Source: Stegostoma tigrinum (taxonomy: Eukaryota). From it: 64,000 bases of DNA. The stretch is taken from NCBI RefSeq assembly GCF_030684315.1, contig NC_081376.1, forward strand, positions 10,017,049 through 10,081,048, read 5' to 3'. Made by a program: the position numbers and the translations under genes. Of this stretch, positions 52,711 to 64,000 are shown piece by piece (within the stretch, counting starts at the first letter, position 1; each line of letters begins with the position of its first letter). A model generated the notes under the pieces. That model saw nothing but the letters and a program-made list of their open reading frames with translations, was not told the DNA's origin and made no database searches.

Positions 52711-53289
52711 TTTTGATAAAGTTTCATTTACCAAAAATGTTACTTCTGGTTTCTTGTTCCATATACTTCTGGGCCTGCTGAGTATTTCCAGCAATTTTTG
52801 TTTTTATTTCAGGTCTCCAGAGGCTAAGGTATTTACTCCTTTCCACCTCTTACACTTTACTGGCCCTCCTTAAATACTATTCATTTCAAACACTTTTTTG
52901 GGCAAAGAAGTTTCTTTTGAATTCCCCACTGCATTTCTCAAAGACTATCTTTACTGATAGCCTATAGTTACACCGTTCACAAAAAGTGTAAACATTTTAC
53001 GTGTTCGCCCTTATCAAAACCTCTCATATGTTTAAACATGTCACCCCCAACCTTTTTATTTTCATGTAAGATCTATCCTTTTAAACTTTTTCTGACACAT
53101 ACATCCAGACATTTCTGGTATGATTCCCATAAATCTTCTTTGCACTGTCTCCAGTGGGTCTTTGCTTTAGGATTGCTCTTGCTGTGTTCGTATAAAGTCT
53201 GCAATCATCTAACCTTTAGGATAACAGCAAGCAGTAGACAACCCTATATAATATATAAAGGAGAAGGCCATTTAGGAGGTAGGAAGGCA

Positions 53290-54075
53290 GTTTGCTGTGA
53301 AGAAAGTTTCTAAGATTACATAGAGATCAAGATCAAATGTGAGGAGCAGATGTAGTTTAATTTGGATAAATGTGAAGTATTGTATTTTGGTAATACAAAT
53401 TTGGGCAGGACTTATACAATTAATGGTAGGGCACGGGTAGTGTTGTAGAACAAAGAGACGTCGGGTTTCAAGTACATAATTCTTTGAAATATGCGTCACA
53501 GGTAGACAGGGTGGTTCAGACTTGCCTTCATTGCTTAGAGGAGTTGGAACATCATGTTGAAGTTATACAGGGCAGTGGATAGGCCTCTTCTGGAGTACTG
53601 TATGAAGTTCTGGTCTCTGTGCTCTAGGAAGGATATTATTAAACTGGAGACAGTTCAGAAAAGATTTACCAGGATGTTGCTGGGACTGGAGAGTTTGACA
53701 TATAAATATAGACTGGAAAGGATGAGACTTTTTTCACTGGAGCATAAGAGGTTGAGGGATGACCTTACAGAGGTTTATAAAATCATGAGGAGCATAGGTA
53801 AGGTGAATAACAAAGGTCTTTTCCCCAGGGTGGAGGGGTTCAAAACTAGGGGCATACTTTTAAGGTGGGAGGAGAAAGATTTAAAAAGGATATGGGGGCA
53901 ATTTTCTTTTTTGCAGAATGTGGTTTGTGTGTGGAATGAACTGCCAGAGAAAGTAGGAGATGCAGGTACAGAAAGGTTGAGAGGGATATGGGCCAAGTGT
54001 GAGGCTATAGTGTAAAAACATGGTTGGCATGGACTGATTGGACCGACAGGTCTGTTTTCATGCTGTGTGACTCTT
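53290..54075 (+). mobile_element. CR1 LINE 3' fragment
   Basis: ORF 53554-54015 [41 protein letters not shown]. Confidence 0.9.
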
Positions 54076-54569
54076 TGGTGTGATAATGTCATGGAACTAT
54101 GTAATCTAAAACTCCCAATGAATGTTCTGGGCATGTGTGTTCATATTCCACCATGGCAGATGATGAAATTTAACAAAAACAATATCCTAAGGATGGAGAT
54201 CTGAAATAAAAACAAAGTACCGCAGGAATACAGCAGATCTGACAGACAAATGTGGCATGAGTAATTGAGTAACCGAAGAGGGCTGGCCCGTGACTTGTTT
54301 TAATGCTATTTGACAAAGGGGAGGCAGAGTGAGCGAAACGATGGTGAGGATGCAAATAGCAACAAAGCGTGTAAATGTTAAAAGAAAAGGATCTAGATCC
54401 TTCCTTTACTGCCTTCAGTCCTTCATGTTCCCAAACGTCTCACCTTCACCACTATGAAAACGCCCTTTGTCGTTGGAGTGGGCAATCTCACCATCTGTTT
54501 CATCCTCTCCTTTGTCTGTAGCATAAAGCCATCATTTTTATGGCCACCCTCAGTTCCAAACAAGATTCT

Positions 54570-55522
54570 TTGCACAATATTAACTCCACGCCTCAATCTC
54601 GGCTCCCCATGCTGTAACTGGATCCTTGACGTCCTGACCCATAAACTGCAATCAATAAGAACAGGTGACGACACCTCCTCCACCGTAATCCTCAACACCA
54701 GCCCCTTAAGGTTGTGTACTCAGTACCCTACTATTCTTCTCATACACTCACAGCTGTGTGGCCAAATTGGAACCCAACACTATAAGTTTGCTGACAACAC
54801 CATCATTGTAGGTCAGGTCTCAAACAATCATGACACAGAATACAGCAAAGAGATTGGGTGCTTAGCCTCACAGTGTAAGTACAGCAATCTCTCCATCAAT
54901 GTCAGCAAAACAGAGGAGCTGAGCATTGACTTCAGGAAGCGGAGTGGAGGGCACACTGCTGTCTGCATCATTGTACTGAGGTGTAGATGGTCAAGAACAT
55001 CAGACTCCTGGGAGTGACGATCACCAACAATATTTCCTAGTTCATCCACATCAACACGACGGTCAGGAAAGCACAGCACCATCGCTACTTCCTCAGGAGG
55101 CTAAGGAATTTCAGTGTGGCTAATAAGGACTCTTATCAATTTTGACAGATGCATCATACAAAGCATCCAATCTGGATGTATCACCGCATGGCATTGCAAC
55201 AGCTTTTCCCAAGACCACAAAAAACTACAGAGAGTTGTGAACATTGCTCAATTCATCACTCAAACCAGAAGACAAAGAAGTTTAAACATGCATACAAATA
55301 TATTCAAGAAAAGCTTCTTCCCCACAATTATCAGGCTTTTGAACAAACCTCTTTAAGGTTAATTCCGATCTCTTTGTGCACCTTCTCTGCAGCTGTAACA
55401 CTGTATCGTGTACTTTGTTCTGCTATCCTGATGCACCTTGTATGGTACAATATGTCTGTACAGCACGCAAAGCAACACTTTTCACTGTATTTCAGTACAT
55501 GTGACAACAATAAATCAATCAA
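54570..55522 (+). mobile_element. Rex1/Babar-type LINE 3' fragment
   Basis: CNWILDVLT..SSTVILNT..KFADNTIIVG..NLSINVSKTEELSIDFRK; tail tacatgtgacaacaataaa(tcaa)n. Confidence 0.85.
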
Positions 55523-55699
55523 TTTCCCAAACACTGCCAGACCTGCTAAGCTTCTCCAGCACTTTCTACATTGACATAGTCAGTATGTGCAGAGAACTAG
55601 TGGTTAAATATAATAGCACAGGATGAGATACCCACCATACATCATCCCTAGAGCAGAGAACCTAAACCCACTTGAGAATTTTAATAAACATTTCTCCTC

Positions 55700-55900
55700 G
55701 AAACCGAACCTTTCCAGTTGTCCCCATGTGCTTCCGGTCGGGAGAGTCCCCGCCCACAAATGTCGCCATTGGCCAAAATACAGAGACTGGAGACGCGAAT
55801 GGGCCATTCTCGCCAAGAAGCCTCAATGTGATTGGTCGTAATCAATGTCAATCAGTGGGAGGCTCGCTCCAAGACCAGTGCAATAGAGTATCGAGCAAGC
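55700..55900 (-). promoter_or_regulatory. Candidate PTCD1 promoter and non-coding first exon
   Basis: CpG cluster with ETS CCGGAAG (minus), GC box CCCGCCC, YY1-like CGCCATT, two ATTGG boxes, and a minus-strand donor AAG|gttcgg at 55710. Confidence 0.5.
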
Positions 55901-57904
55901 GAACTAACCCCCCCCCCCCCCACAGACTTCAATGCCTGGAGTCTGCTTTAGAAATACCATTTATAAAACACAACAGCATATGTCATGGAGTGTGTGCAAA
56001 GGTAAGACTGCATATTAGGAAGGCAGCTTTCCCACATTCTATTCCTTGGAATTCCCATCAAATCCCTTTTGTTTGACCAAGTTTATGGGTTCCCCATTGC
56101 TTCTTCTGCAGTTGCATGTGCCTCATATCTGGTTGGTAAAAGCGTTATATACATGTAATTTATTGCTAAGTTGTTTGGCAACATTATTCCCACTGCAACA
56201 AATAGCATATATTTACACAGGGTATTTTGTTATGGCATAGAACCTAAACACAGGCCTGTATCCTATGAGGAAATGTGGCGTTCTGATATAAGGTACCTGT
56301 CCCAGCTTCAGTCTGTCTGTACAAAAGGTTCAGTATCATATCTTTAGTTAGTCAGCTCTGTGTAACTGGTTAGTGTTGTAAATAACCTTTAGATATCTAT
56401 CTCAAAAGGAGCCTAAGTCTATTGTAATGTGGGCGAATATATAAAGAAACCCACAAAGCACATCATGATGGTGGTAAATGGGTATTAAAAGCTAGTGGTG
56501 AAGGTGAGTTAGTTGCACTAAGTGGATGCTAAAGGCCTGAAAAGATTATAGTAACGTAACAATTCTGAAACGTCTTTTACCTGACAGTATTCCATCAATC
56601 TGACTGAGATTAGAGCTGAAGTTGCAACTACAATCAAGACTAGAGTAATAGGTGTAAAATTAATGTCTACAACCTGTAATGAAGTGTAGTGAGTACTCTG
56701 CTCTTTAAAACAAACTGGTATAAGGTGCTCGACACTCCAATATTTAAAACAAAACATCAATTTACCAGAAGCCCAGGACAGCTCTGATTTTTAAAAATAT
56801 GCAATTTAAAAATGTGGAAGGACAGCCTTCCTGATCGAAGAAATTAATTTTGTAACAAAGTACAGAAAAATGTTACAGGACCTGTGTTCTAATACCAGGC
56901 AGTTCCACTATTTTCCTGAAACAGCATGAGAATAACAAATAACCATTATCACTACTACATTTTTTTGTGCAGAGGCCACTTACAAGCACGAGCTTGCATC
57001 TTTAAAAGGGGGTAACATTTAAAAATAGAGAAAAGAGGAAACAAGCTAACAACAGCACTACAGATCTTCATACTGGCATTTTAGAGAGCATTAGGCTACA
57101 AAAAGAAAATACAAAAATTTCACCATAGACTAGCAATCCACTGACTTTGTCAGAAATTCACTTGTGTAAAGAATCAAATATTTACTTTATGGATCAGTGG
57201 ATAACTGACAAAGAACAACAGGCCGCCAAATCTTTCCTTGCGTTGGACACTGAAGGGATAAGAAGAATAAAATGCTTTGGCACTTCAATGGCGACTTCAA
57301 AGATTCTAATGGAATGTACAAGGATGCATAGAGATATATTATGATATCTATATATTCAATAATGCCTTGGTGGACATGTAACACAGTTATCACAAATGTT
57401 AACTCTAAACTACATGCAACTATTCTGAGAGTCTGGGTTCTGTGCTTACTTATGTTACTGGACATTTCTTACATGTAGTTAACTGACTGAAGGCATGACA
57501 CTGCCTTCATTAAACAAATAGAGTCTGAAGGGGAGATGGCTACCTTTCAATTGTAAGGCACAAATATATTGAAAATTAATCAGAATTACCTGTAAAGTGC
57601 TTGAATATAAAGCAAGGGATACCGATAATTGTAGACCTGCTATTAAGATGAGACACACGAAGCAGAAAGAGGAGAATCACACTTTTAAAAGTATATGTGA
57701 GATAGAGAATAGCTGAGTGACGGAGAAGGAAGCATTTCTGGCAAATCACTCAGGTAGCAGCAGCCCAGGAGCCTGTGAGAAGAAAACTGTGTGTGTTGAC
57801 ACTGAAGTAGGTGAGCGGGGGGGGGGGGGGTGTCATTATTCCACCCTTAACAACAAATGGCTTCTTACTCCAGATCCCAGCAGTCCCGCTCTGAATGAAA
57901 GTGG

Positions 57905-58001
57905 GAAGCTGGATGACCACAGCAGGCCAAGCAGCATCTCAGAGCACAAAAGCTTTTGTGCTCCTGAGATGCTGCTTGGCCTGCTGTGTTCATCCAGCTT
58001 C
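57905..58001. repeat. 97-bp loopless palindrome made of two Penelope terminal-repeat ends
   Basis: 48/49-bp arms centred on AAGCTT with 1 mismatch and 1 indel; right arm matches 25559-25606. Confidence 0.9.
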
Positions 58002-58199
58002 ACACTTTGTTATCTTAGATTCTCCAGCATCTGCAGTTCCCATTATTTCTGAATTAAAGTGCAATGTGTTAGAGTCTGAAGGCCAAATATTTCCAAGATG
58101 ATAACATGACCTACACATCAAACACACTTCATTAGCTGTAGATGGATTTGGAACCGCTTGAGGTGGTGAAAGGTGCTAGGCAAATGCAAACCCTGACAA

Positions 58200-58580
58200 T
58201 CCACGGGGGCTACAAAGTGAAGACGAGGAGACGCTCGCTGTTCAGTATAGGAACGGCTGCCCGCTCCTCCAGTACAGTCGGGGGCGCTGTGACTGGCGAC
58301 GGGTCGCCTCTTGATGCGGCGGCCGGCTCGTTGTTTGGAGCAGGGGGCTGAGCGGATACCGTACCCGGTGCTCGGGCCTCCCGTCCGGAATCCGGCGCTG
58401 GTTGTAGTAGTAGTTGTTGTGAAGCCTCGGGCCCGGCTCAGGTGGCGGGAGGATGCAGGAGCTCATTTCAATGTGGAGCACATCAGGTTCGAGCTGGAGA
58501 TCGCGGTGGAGCAGCAGCTGGGGGCGCAGCCTCTCCCGTTCCCCGGAATGGACAGTGAGTGCGGGGGGAGCGGGACCTCT
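58200..58580 (+). promoter_or_regulatory. CpG-island promoter / 5' UTR of CPSF4
   Basis: Dense CpG, GC-rich tract around the first coding exon. Confidence 0.7.
58453..58554 (+). CDS. CPSF4: CPSF4 (CPSF30) first coding exon, with apparent 1-nt deletion
   Basis: MQELI then, after a frame change near 58469, NVEHIRFELEIAVEQQLGAQPLPFPGMD and donor A|gtgagt; matches the conserved CPSF4 N-terminus. Confidence 0.92.
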
Positions 58581-58590
58581 CACATACTGC

Positions 58591-61500
58591 ACCCCCCCCC
58601 CCACTCACCAAACCCCCCCACTCACCAACCCCCCACTCACCAATCCCCCCCCACTCACCAACCCCCCCCCACTCACCAACCCCCCCCCACTCACCAACCC
58701 CCCCCACTCACCAATCCCACCCCCCCACTCACCAACCCCCCCCCCACTCACCAACCCCCCCCCCCACTCACCAACCCCCCCCACTCACCAATCCCCCCCC
58801 ACTCACCAACCCCCCCCCCACTCACCAAACCCCCCCCCCACTCACCAACCCCCCCCACTCACCAATCCCCCCCCCCACTCACCAACCCCCCCACTCACCA
58901 ACCCCCCCACTCACCAACCCCCCCCCCACTCACCAATCCCCCCCACTCACCAATCCCCCCCCCACTCACCACCCCCCCCCACTCACCAATCCCCCCCCCA
59001 CTCACCACCCCCCCCCACTCACCAACCCCCCCCCCACTCACCAACCCCCCCCCCCCCACTCACCCAACCCCCCCCACTCACCAACCCCCCCCCACTCGCC
59101 AACCACCCCCCCCCACTCGCCAACCCCCCCCCCACTCGCCAACCCCCCCCCCCTCGCCAACCCCCCCCCCCACTCGCCAACCCCCCCCCCACTCGCCAAC
59201 CCCCCCCACTCGCCAACCCCCCCCACTCGCCAACCCCCCCCATTCACCAACCCCCCCTCCCCCCATTCACCAACCCCCCCTCCCCCCATTCACCAACCCC
59301 CCCATTCACCAACACCCCTCTCACCCCATTCACCAACAACCCCTCCACCCATCCCTCCTCCCCCCCCATCCCTCCTCCCCCCCCATCCCTCCTCCCCCCC
59401 CATCCCTCCTCCCCCCCCCCATCCCTCCTCCCCCCCCATCCTCCTCCCCCCCCCATCCCTCCTCCCCCCCCCATCCCTCCTCCCCCCCCCATCCCTCCCC
59501 TCCCCGATCCCCTCCCCGATCCCCTCCCCGATCCCCTCCCCGATCCCCTCCCCGATCCCCTCCCCGATCCCTCCCCGATTTCCCCCATCCCCTCCCCCAT
59601 CCCCTCCCCCATCCCCTCCCCATCCCCTCCCCCATCCCCTCCCCCATCCCCTCCCCGATTTCCCTCCCCCCATCCCCTCCCCGATTTCCCTCCCCCCATC
59701 CCCTCCCCCCATCCCCTCCCCGATTTCTTTCCCCCTCCCCTCCCCGATTTCCCCCCCTCCCCTCCCCGATTTCCCCCCCTCCCTCCCCGATTTCCCCCCT
59801 CCCTCCCCGATTTCCCCCCCACAATTTCCCCCCCATCCCTCCCCGATTTCCCCCCCTCCCCTCCCCGATTTCCCCCCCTCCCCTCCCCGATTTCCCCCCC
59901 CACAATTTCCCCCCATCCCCTCCCCGATTTCCCCCCCACCCCCTCCCCGATTTCCCCCCCCACCCCCTCCCCGATTTCCCCCCCCACAATTTCCCCCCCA
60001 TCCCCTCCCCGATTCCCCCCCCATCCCCTCCCGATTCCCCCCCCCATCCCCTCCCCGATTCCCCCCCCATCCCCTCCCCGATTTCCCCCCCTCCCCTCCC
60101 CGATTTCCCCCCCTCCCCTCCCCGATTTCCCCCCTCCCCTCCCCGATTTCCCCCCCCACAATTTCCCCCCCATCCCCTCCCCGATTTCCCCCCCACAATT
60201 TCCCCCCCATCCCCTCCCCGATTCCCCCCCCATCCCCTCCCCGATTTCCCCCCCCATCCCCTCCCCGATTCCCCCCCCCATCCCCTCCCCGATTCCCCCC
60301 CCATCCCTCCCCGATTTCCCCCCCCTCCCCTCCCCGATTTCCCCCCCCATCCCCTCCCCGATTTCCCCCCCCCATCCCCTCCCCGATTTCCCCCCCCATC
60401 CCCTCCCCGATTTCCCCCCCCCATGCCCTCCCCGATTTCCCCCCCCATGCCCTCCCGATTTCCCCCCCCCATGCCCTCCCCGATTTCCCCCCCCCATGCC
60501 CTCCCCGATTTTCCCCCCCCATGCCCTCCCCGATTTTCCCCCCCCCATGCCCTCCCCGATTTTCCCCCCCCCATGCCCTCCCCGATTTTCCCCCCCCATG
60601 CCCTCCCCGATTTTCCCCCCCCATGCCCTCCCCGATTTCACCCCCCATGCCCTCCCGATTTCCCCCCCCCCATGCCCTCCCCGATTTTTCCCCCCCCCAT
60701 GCCCTCCCCGATTTTCCCCCCCCATGCCCTCCCCGATTTTCCCCCCCCATGCCCTCCCCGATTTTCCCCCCCCATGCCCTCCCCGATTTTCCCCCCCATG
60801 CCCTCCCCGATTTTCCCCCCCATCCCCTCCCGATTTCCCCCCCCCCGATTTCCCCCCCCCATGCGCTCCCCGATTTTCCCCCCCATGCCCTCCCCGATTT
60901 TCCCCCCCATCCCCTCCCCGATTTCCCCCCCCGATTTTCCCCCCCATCCCCTCCCCGATTTTCTCCCCATCCCCTCCCCCCTCCCCCTCCCCCTCCCCCT
61001 CCCCCTCCCCCTCCCCGCTCCCCCTCCCCCCTCCCCCCTCCCCCATCCCCCTCCCCCCTCCCCCATCCCCATCCCCCTCTCCCCCATCCCCCTCTCCCCC
61101 ATCCCCCTCACCCCCATCCCCCTCTCCCCCATCCCCCTCTCCCCCATCCCCCTCTCCCCCCCACTCTCCCCCCCCCCACTCTCCCCCCCCACTCTCCCCC
61201 CCCCACTCTCCCCCCCACTCTCCCCCCCCACTCTCCCCCCCCCACTCTCCCCCCCCCACTCTCCACCCCCCCCCACTCTCCCCCCCCCCACTCTCCCCCC
61301 CCCCACTCTCCCCCCCCCACTCTCCCCCCCCACTCTCCCCCCCCCACTCTCCCCCCCCCCACTCTCCCCCCCCCCACTCTCCCCCCCCCCACTCTCCCCC
61401 CCCCCCCACTCTCCCCCCCCCCACTCTCCCCCCCCCCACTCTCCCCCCCCCCACTCTCCCCCCCCCCACTCTCCCCCCCCCACTCTCCCCCCCCACTCTC

Positions 61501-64000
61501 CCCCCCCCACTCTCCCCCCCCACTCTCCCCCCCCCACTCTCTCCCCCCCCACTCTCTCCCCCCCACTCTCTCCCCCCCACTCTCTCCCCCCCACTCTCCC
61601 CCCCACTCTCCCCCCCCACTCTCCCCCCCCACTCTCCCCCCCCACTCTCCCCCCCCACTCTCCCCCCCCACTCTCCCCCCCCTCTCCCCCCCCCCAACCC
61701 TCCCCCATCCCCCCCCTGCCATTGCCCCCACTCTCCCCCATCCCCCCACTCTCCCCCCCACTCTCCCCCCCACTCTCCCCCCCACTCTCCCCCCCACTCT
61801 CCCCCCCACTCTCCCCCCCACTCTCCCCCCCATCCCCCCCACTCTCCCCCCCATCCCCCCCCTTCCCCCCCACTCTCCCCCCCCTTCCCCCCCACTCTCC
61901 CCCCCCCATCCCCCCCACTCTCCCTCCCCCATCCCCCCCACTCTCTCCCCATCCCCCCCACTCTCTCCCCCATCCCCCCCCACTCTCCCCCCATCCCCCC
62001 CCACTCTCCCCCCATCCCCCCCCACTCTCCCCCCATCCCCCCCCACTCTCCCCCCATCCCCCCCATCCCCCCCCCACTCTCTCCCCCCATCCCCCCCCCA
62101 CTCTCTCCCCCCATCCCCCCCCCACTCTCTCCCCCATCCCCCCCCCACTCTCTCCCCCCATCCCCCCCCCACTCTCTCCCCCACTCTCCCCCCCCCACTC
62201 TCTCCCCCCCCCACTCTCCCCCCCCCCCCACTCTCCCCCCCCCCACTCTCCCTCCCCACTCCCCCCCCCCCCACTTCCCCCCCCCCCACTTCCCCCCCCC
62301 ACTTCCCCCCCCCCCCACTTCCCCCCCCCCACTTCTCCCCCCCCCACTTCCCCCCCCCCCACTTCCCCCCCCGCACTCTCCCCCCCCGCACTCTCCCCCC
62401 CCCGCACTCTCCCCCCCCGCACTCTCCCCCCCCCGCACTCTCCCCCCCCGCACTCTCCCCCCCCCACTTCCCCCCCCCACTTCCCCCCCCCCACTTCCCC
62501 CCCCCCCACTTCCCCCCCCCCCACTTCCCCCCTCCCCACTTCCCCCCCCGCACTCTCCCCCCCGCACTCTCCCCCCCCGCACTCTCCCCCCCCCCGCACT
62601 CTCCCCCCCCCGCACTCTCCCCCCCCCCGCACTCTCCCCCCCCCCGCACTCTCCCCCCCCCCGCACTCTCTCCCCCCCCGCACTCTCCCCCCCCCCGCAC
62701 TCTCCCCCCCCCCCGCACTCTCCCCCCCCCCGCACTCTCCCCCCCCCGCACTCTCCCCCCCCCCGCACTCTCCCCCCCCGCACTCTCCCCCCCCGCACTC
62801 TCCCCCCCCGCACTCTCCCCCCCCGCACTCTCCCCCCCCCCACTTCCCCCCCCCACTTCCCCCCCCCACTTCCCCCCCCACTTCCCCCCCCCACTTCCCC
62901 CCCCCGCACTCTCCCCCCCCGCACTTCCCCCCCCCGCACTCTCCCCCCCCCGCACTCTCCCCCCCCCCGCACTCTCCCCCCCCCCGCACTCTCCCCCCCC
63001 CCGCACTCTCCCCCCCCCGCACTCTCCCCCCCCCGCACTCTCCCCCCCCCCGCACTCTCCCCCCCCCCCGCACTCTCCCCCCCCCGCACTCTCCCCCCCC
63101 GCACTCTCCCCCCCCCCGCACTCTCCCCCCCCGCACTCTCCCCCCCCGCACTCTCCCCCCCCCGCACTCTCCCCCCCCCGCACTCTCCCCCCCGCACTCT
63201 CCCCCCCGCACTCTCCCCCCCCGCACTCTCCCCCCCCGCACTCTCCCCCCCCCCGCACTCTCCCCCCCCGCACTTCCCCCCCCCCGCACTCCCCCCCCCC
63301 GCANNNNNNNNNNNNNCCCGATTTTCCCCCCCCATGCCCTCCCCGATTTTCCCCCCCCCATGCCCTCCCCGATTTTCCCCCCCCCATGCCCTCCCCGATT
63401 TTCCCCCCCATGCCCTCCCCGATTTTCCCCCCCCATGCCCTCCCCGATTTCACCCCCCATGCCCTCCCCGATTTCCCCCCCCCATGCCCTCCCCGATTTT
63501 CCCCCCCCCATGCCCTCCGATTTTCCCCCCCCATGCCCTCCCCGATTTTCCCCCCCCATGCCCTCCCCGATTTTCCCCCCCCATGCCCTCCCCGATTTTC
63601 CCCCCCATGCCCTCCCCGATTTTCCCCCCCATCCCCTCCCCGATTTCCCCCCCCCCCGATTTCCCCCCCCCATGCGCCTCCCCGATTTTCCCCCCCATGC
63701 CCTCCCCGATTTTCCCCCCCTCCCCTCCCCGATTTCCCCCCCCGATTTCCCCCCCATCCCCTCCCCGATTTCTCCCCCATCCCCCTCCCCCTCCCCCCCC
63801 TCCCCCTCCCCGCTCCCCCTCCCCCTCCCCCCTCCCCATCCCCTCCCCCCTCCCCCATCCCCATCCCCCTCTCCCCCATCCCCCTCTCCCCCATCCCCCT
63901 CACCCCCATCCCCCCTCTCCCCCATCCCCCTCTCCCCCATCCCCCTCTCCCCCCCCACTCTCCCCCCCCCCACCTCCCCCCCCCACTCCCCCCCCACTCC
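58591..64000 (+). repeat. Compound C-rich tandem-repeat array in CPSF4 intron 1
   Basis: Successive blocks of Cn-ACTCACCAA, Cn-ACTCGCCAA, Cn-ATCCCTCCT, CCCCTCCCCGAT(TT), Cn-ATGCCCTCCCCGATTTT, Cn-ACTCT, Cn-ACTT and Cn-GCACTCT. Confidence 0.97.
63304..63316. other. Assembly gap of 13 N
   Basis: Run of 13 n characters. Confidence 1.

Noticed and set aside
59019-63997. Very long Gly-rich minus-strand ORFs (up to 1363 aa)
   Set aside because: Artefact of a G-rich tandem array lacking stop codons; open in several frames and spanning an N gap
58591-64000. Telomere or CRISPR-like array
   Set aside because: No TTAGGG units and no unique spacers; eukaryotic low-complexity satellite

Overview
Vertebrate nuclear DNA, most likely an elasmobranch (shark), judged from HE1-type and Deu-type tRNA-SINEs, abundant CR1 LINE fragments and Penelope-like elements. 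It contains the conserved BUD31(+) / PTCD1(-) / CPSF4(+) block. BUD31 is complete (4 coding exons, 144 aa) and PTCD1 is complete (8 coding exons, 732 aa, all introns phase 0). Only the first CPSF4 exon is present, and it carries a 1-nt frameshift that is probably an assembly error. Upstream of BUD31, where mammals have PDAP1, I see no PDAP1 exon but two minus-strand exons encoding the start of a cysteine-rich Ly6/uPAR-like domain. The rest is repeat-rich: CR1, L2, Rex1/Babar, Gypsy, Harbinger, and Penelope elements, one with a hammerhead ribozyme core and a 13-bp TSD. There are also SINEs and a possible SINE-headed LINE. The last 5.4 kb is an extreme C-rich compound tandem array in CPSF4 intron 1, broken by a 13-N gap after which about 0.7 kb re-reads earlier sequence (probable false duplication). 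Repeat family names and boundaries are from recognition by eye and are approximate.
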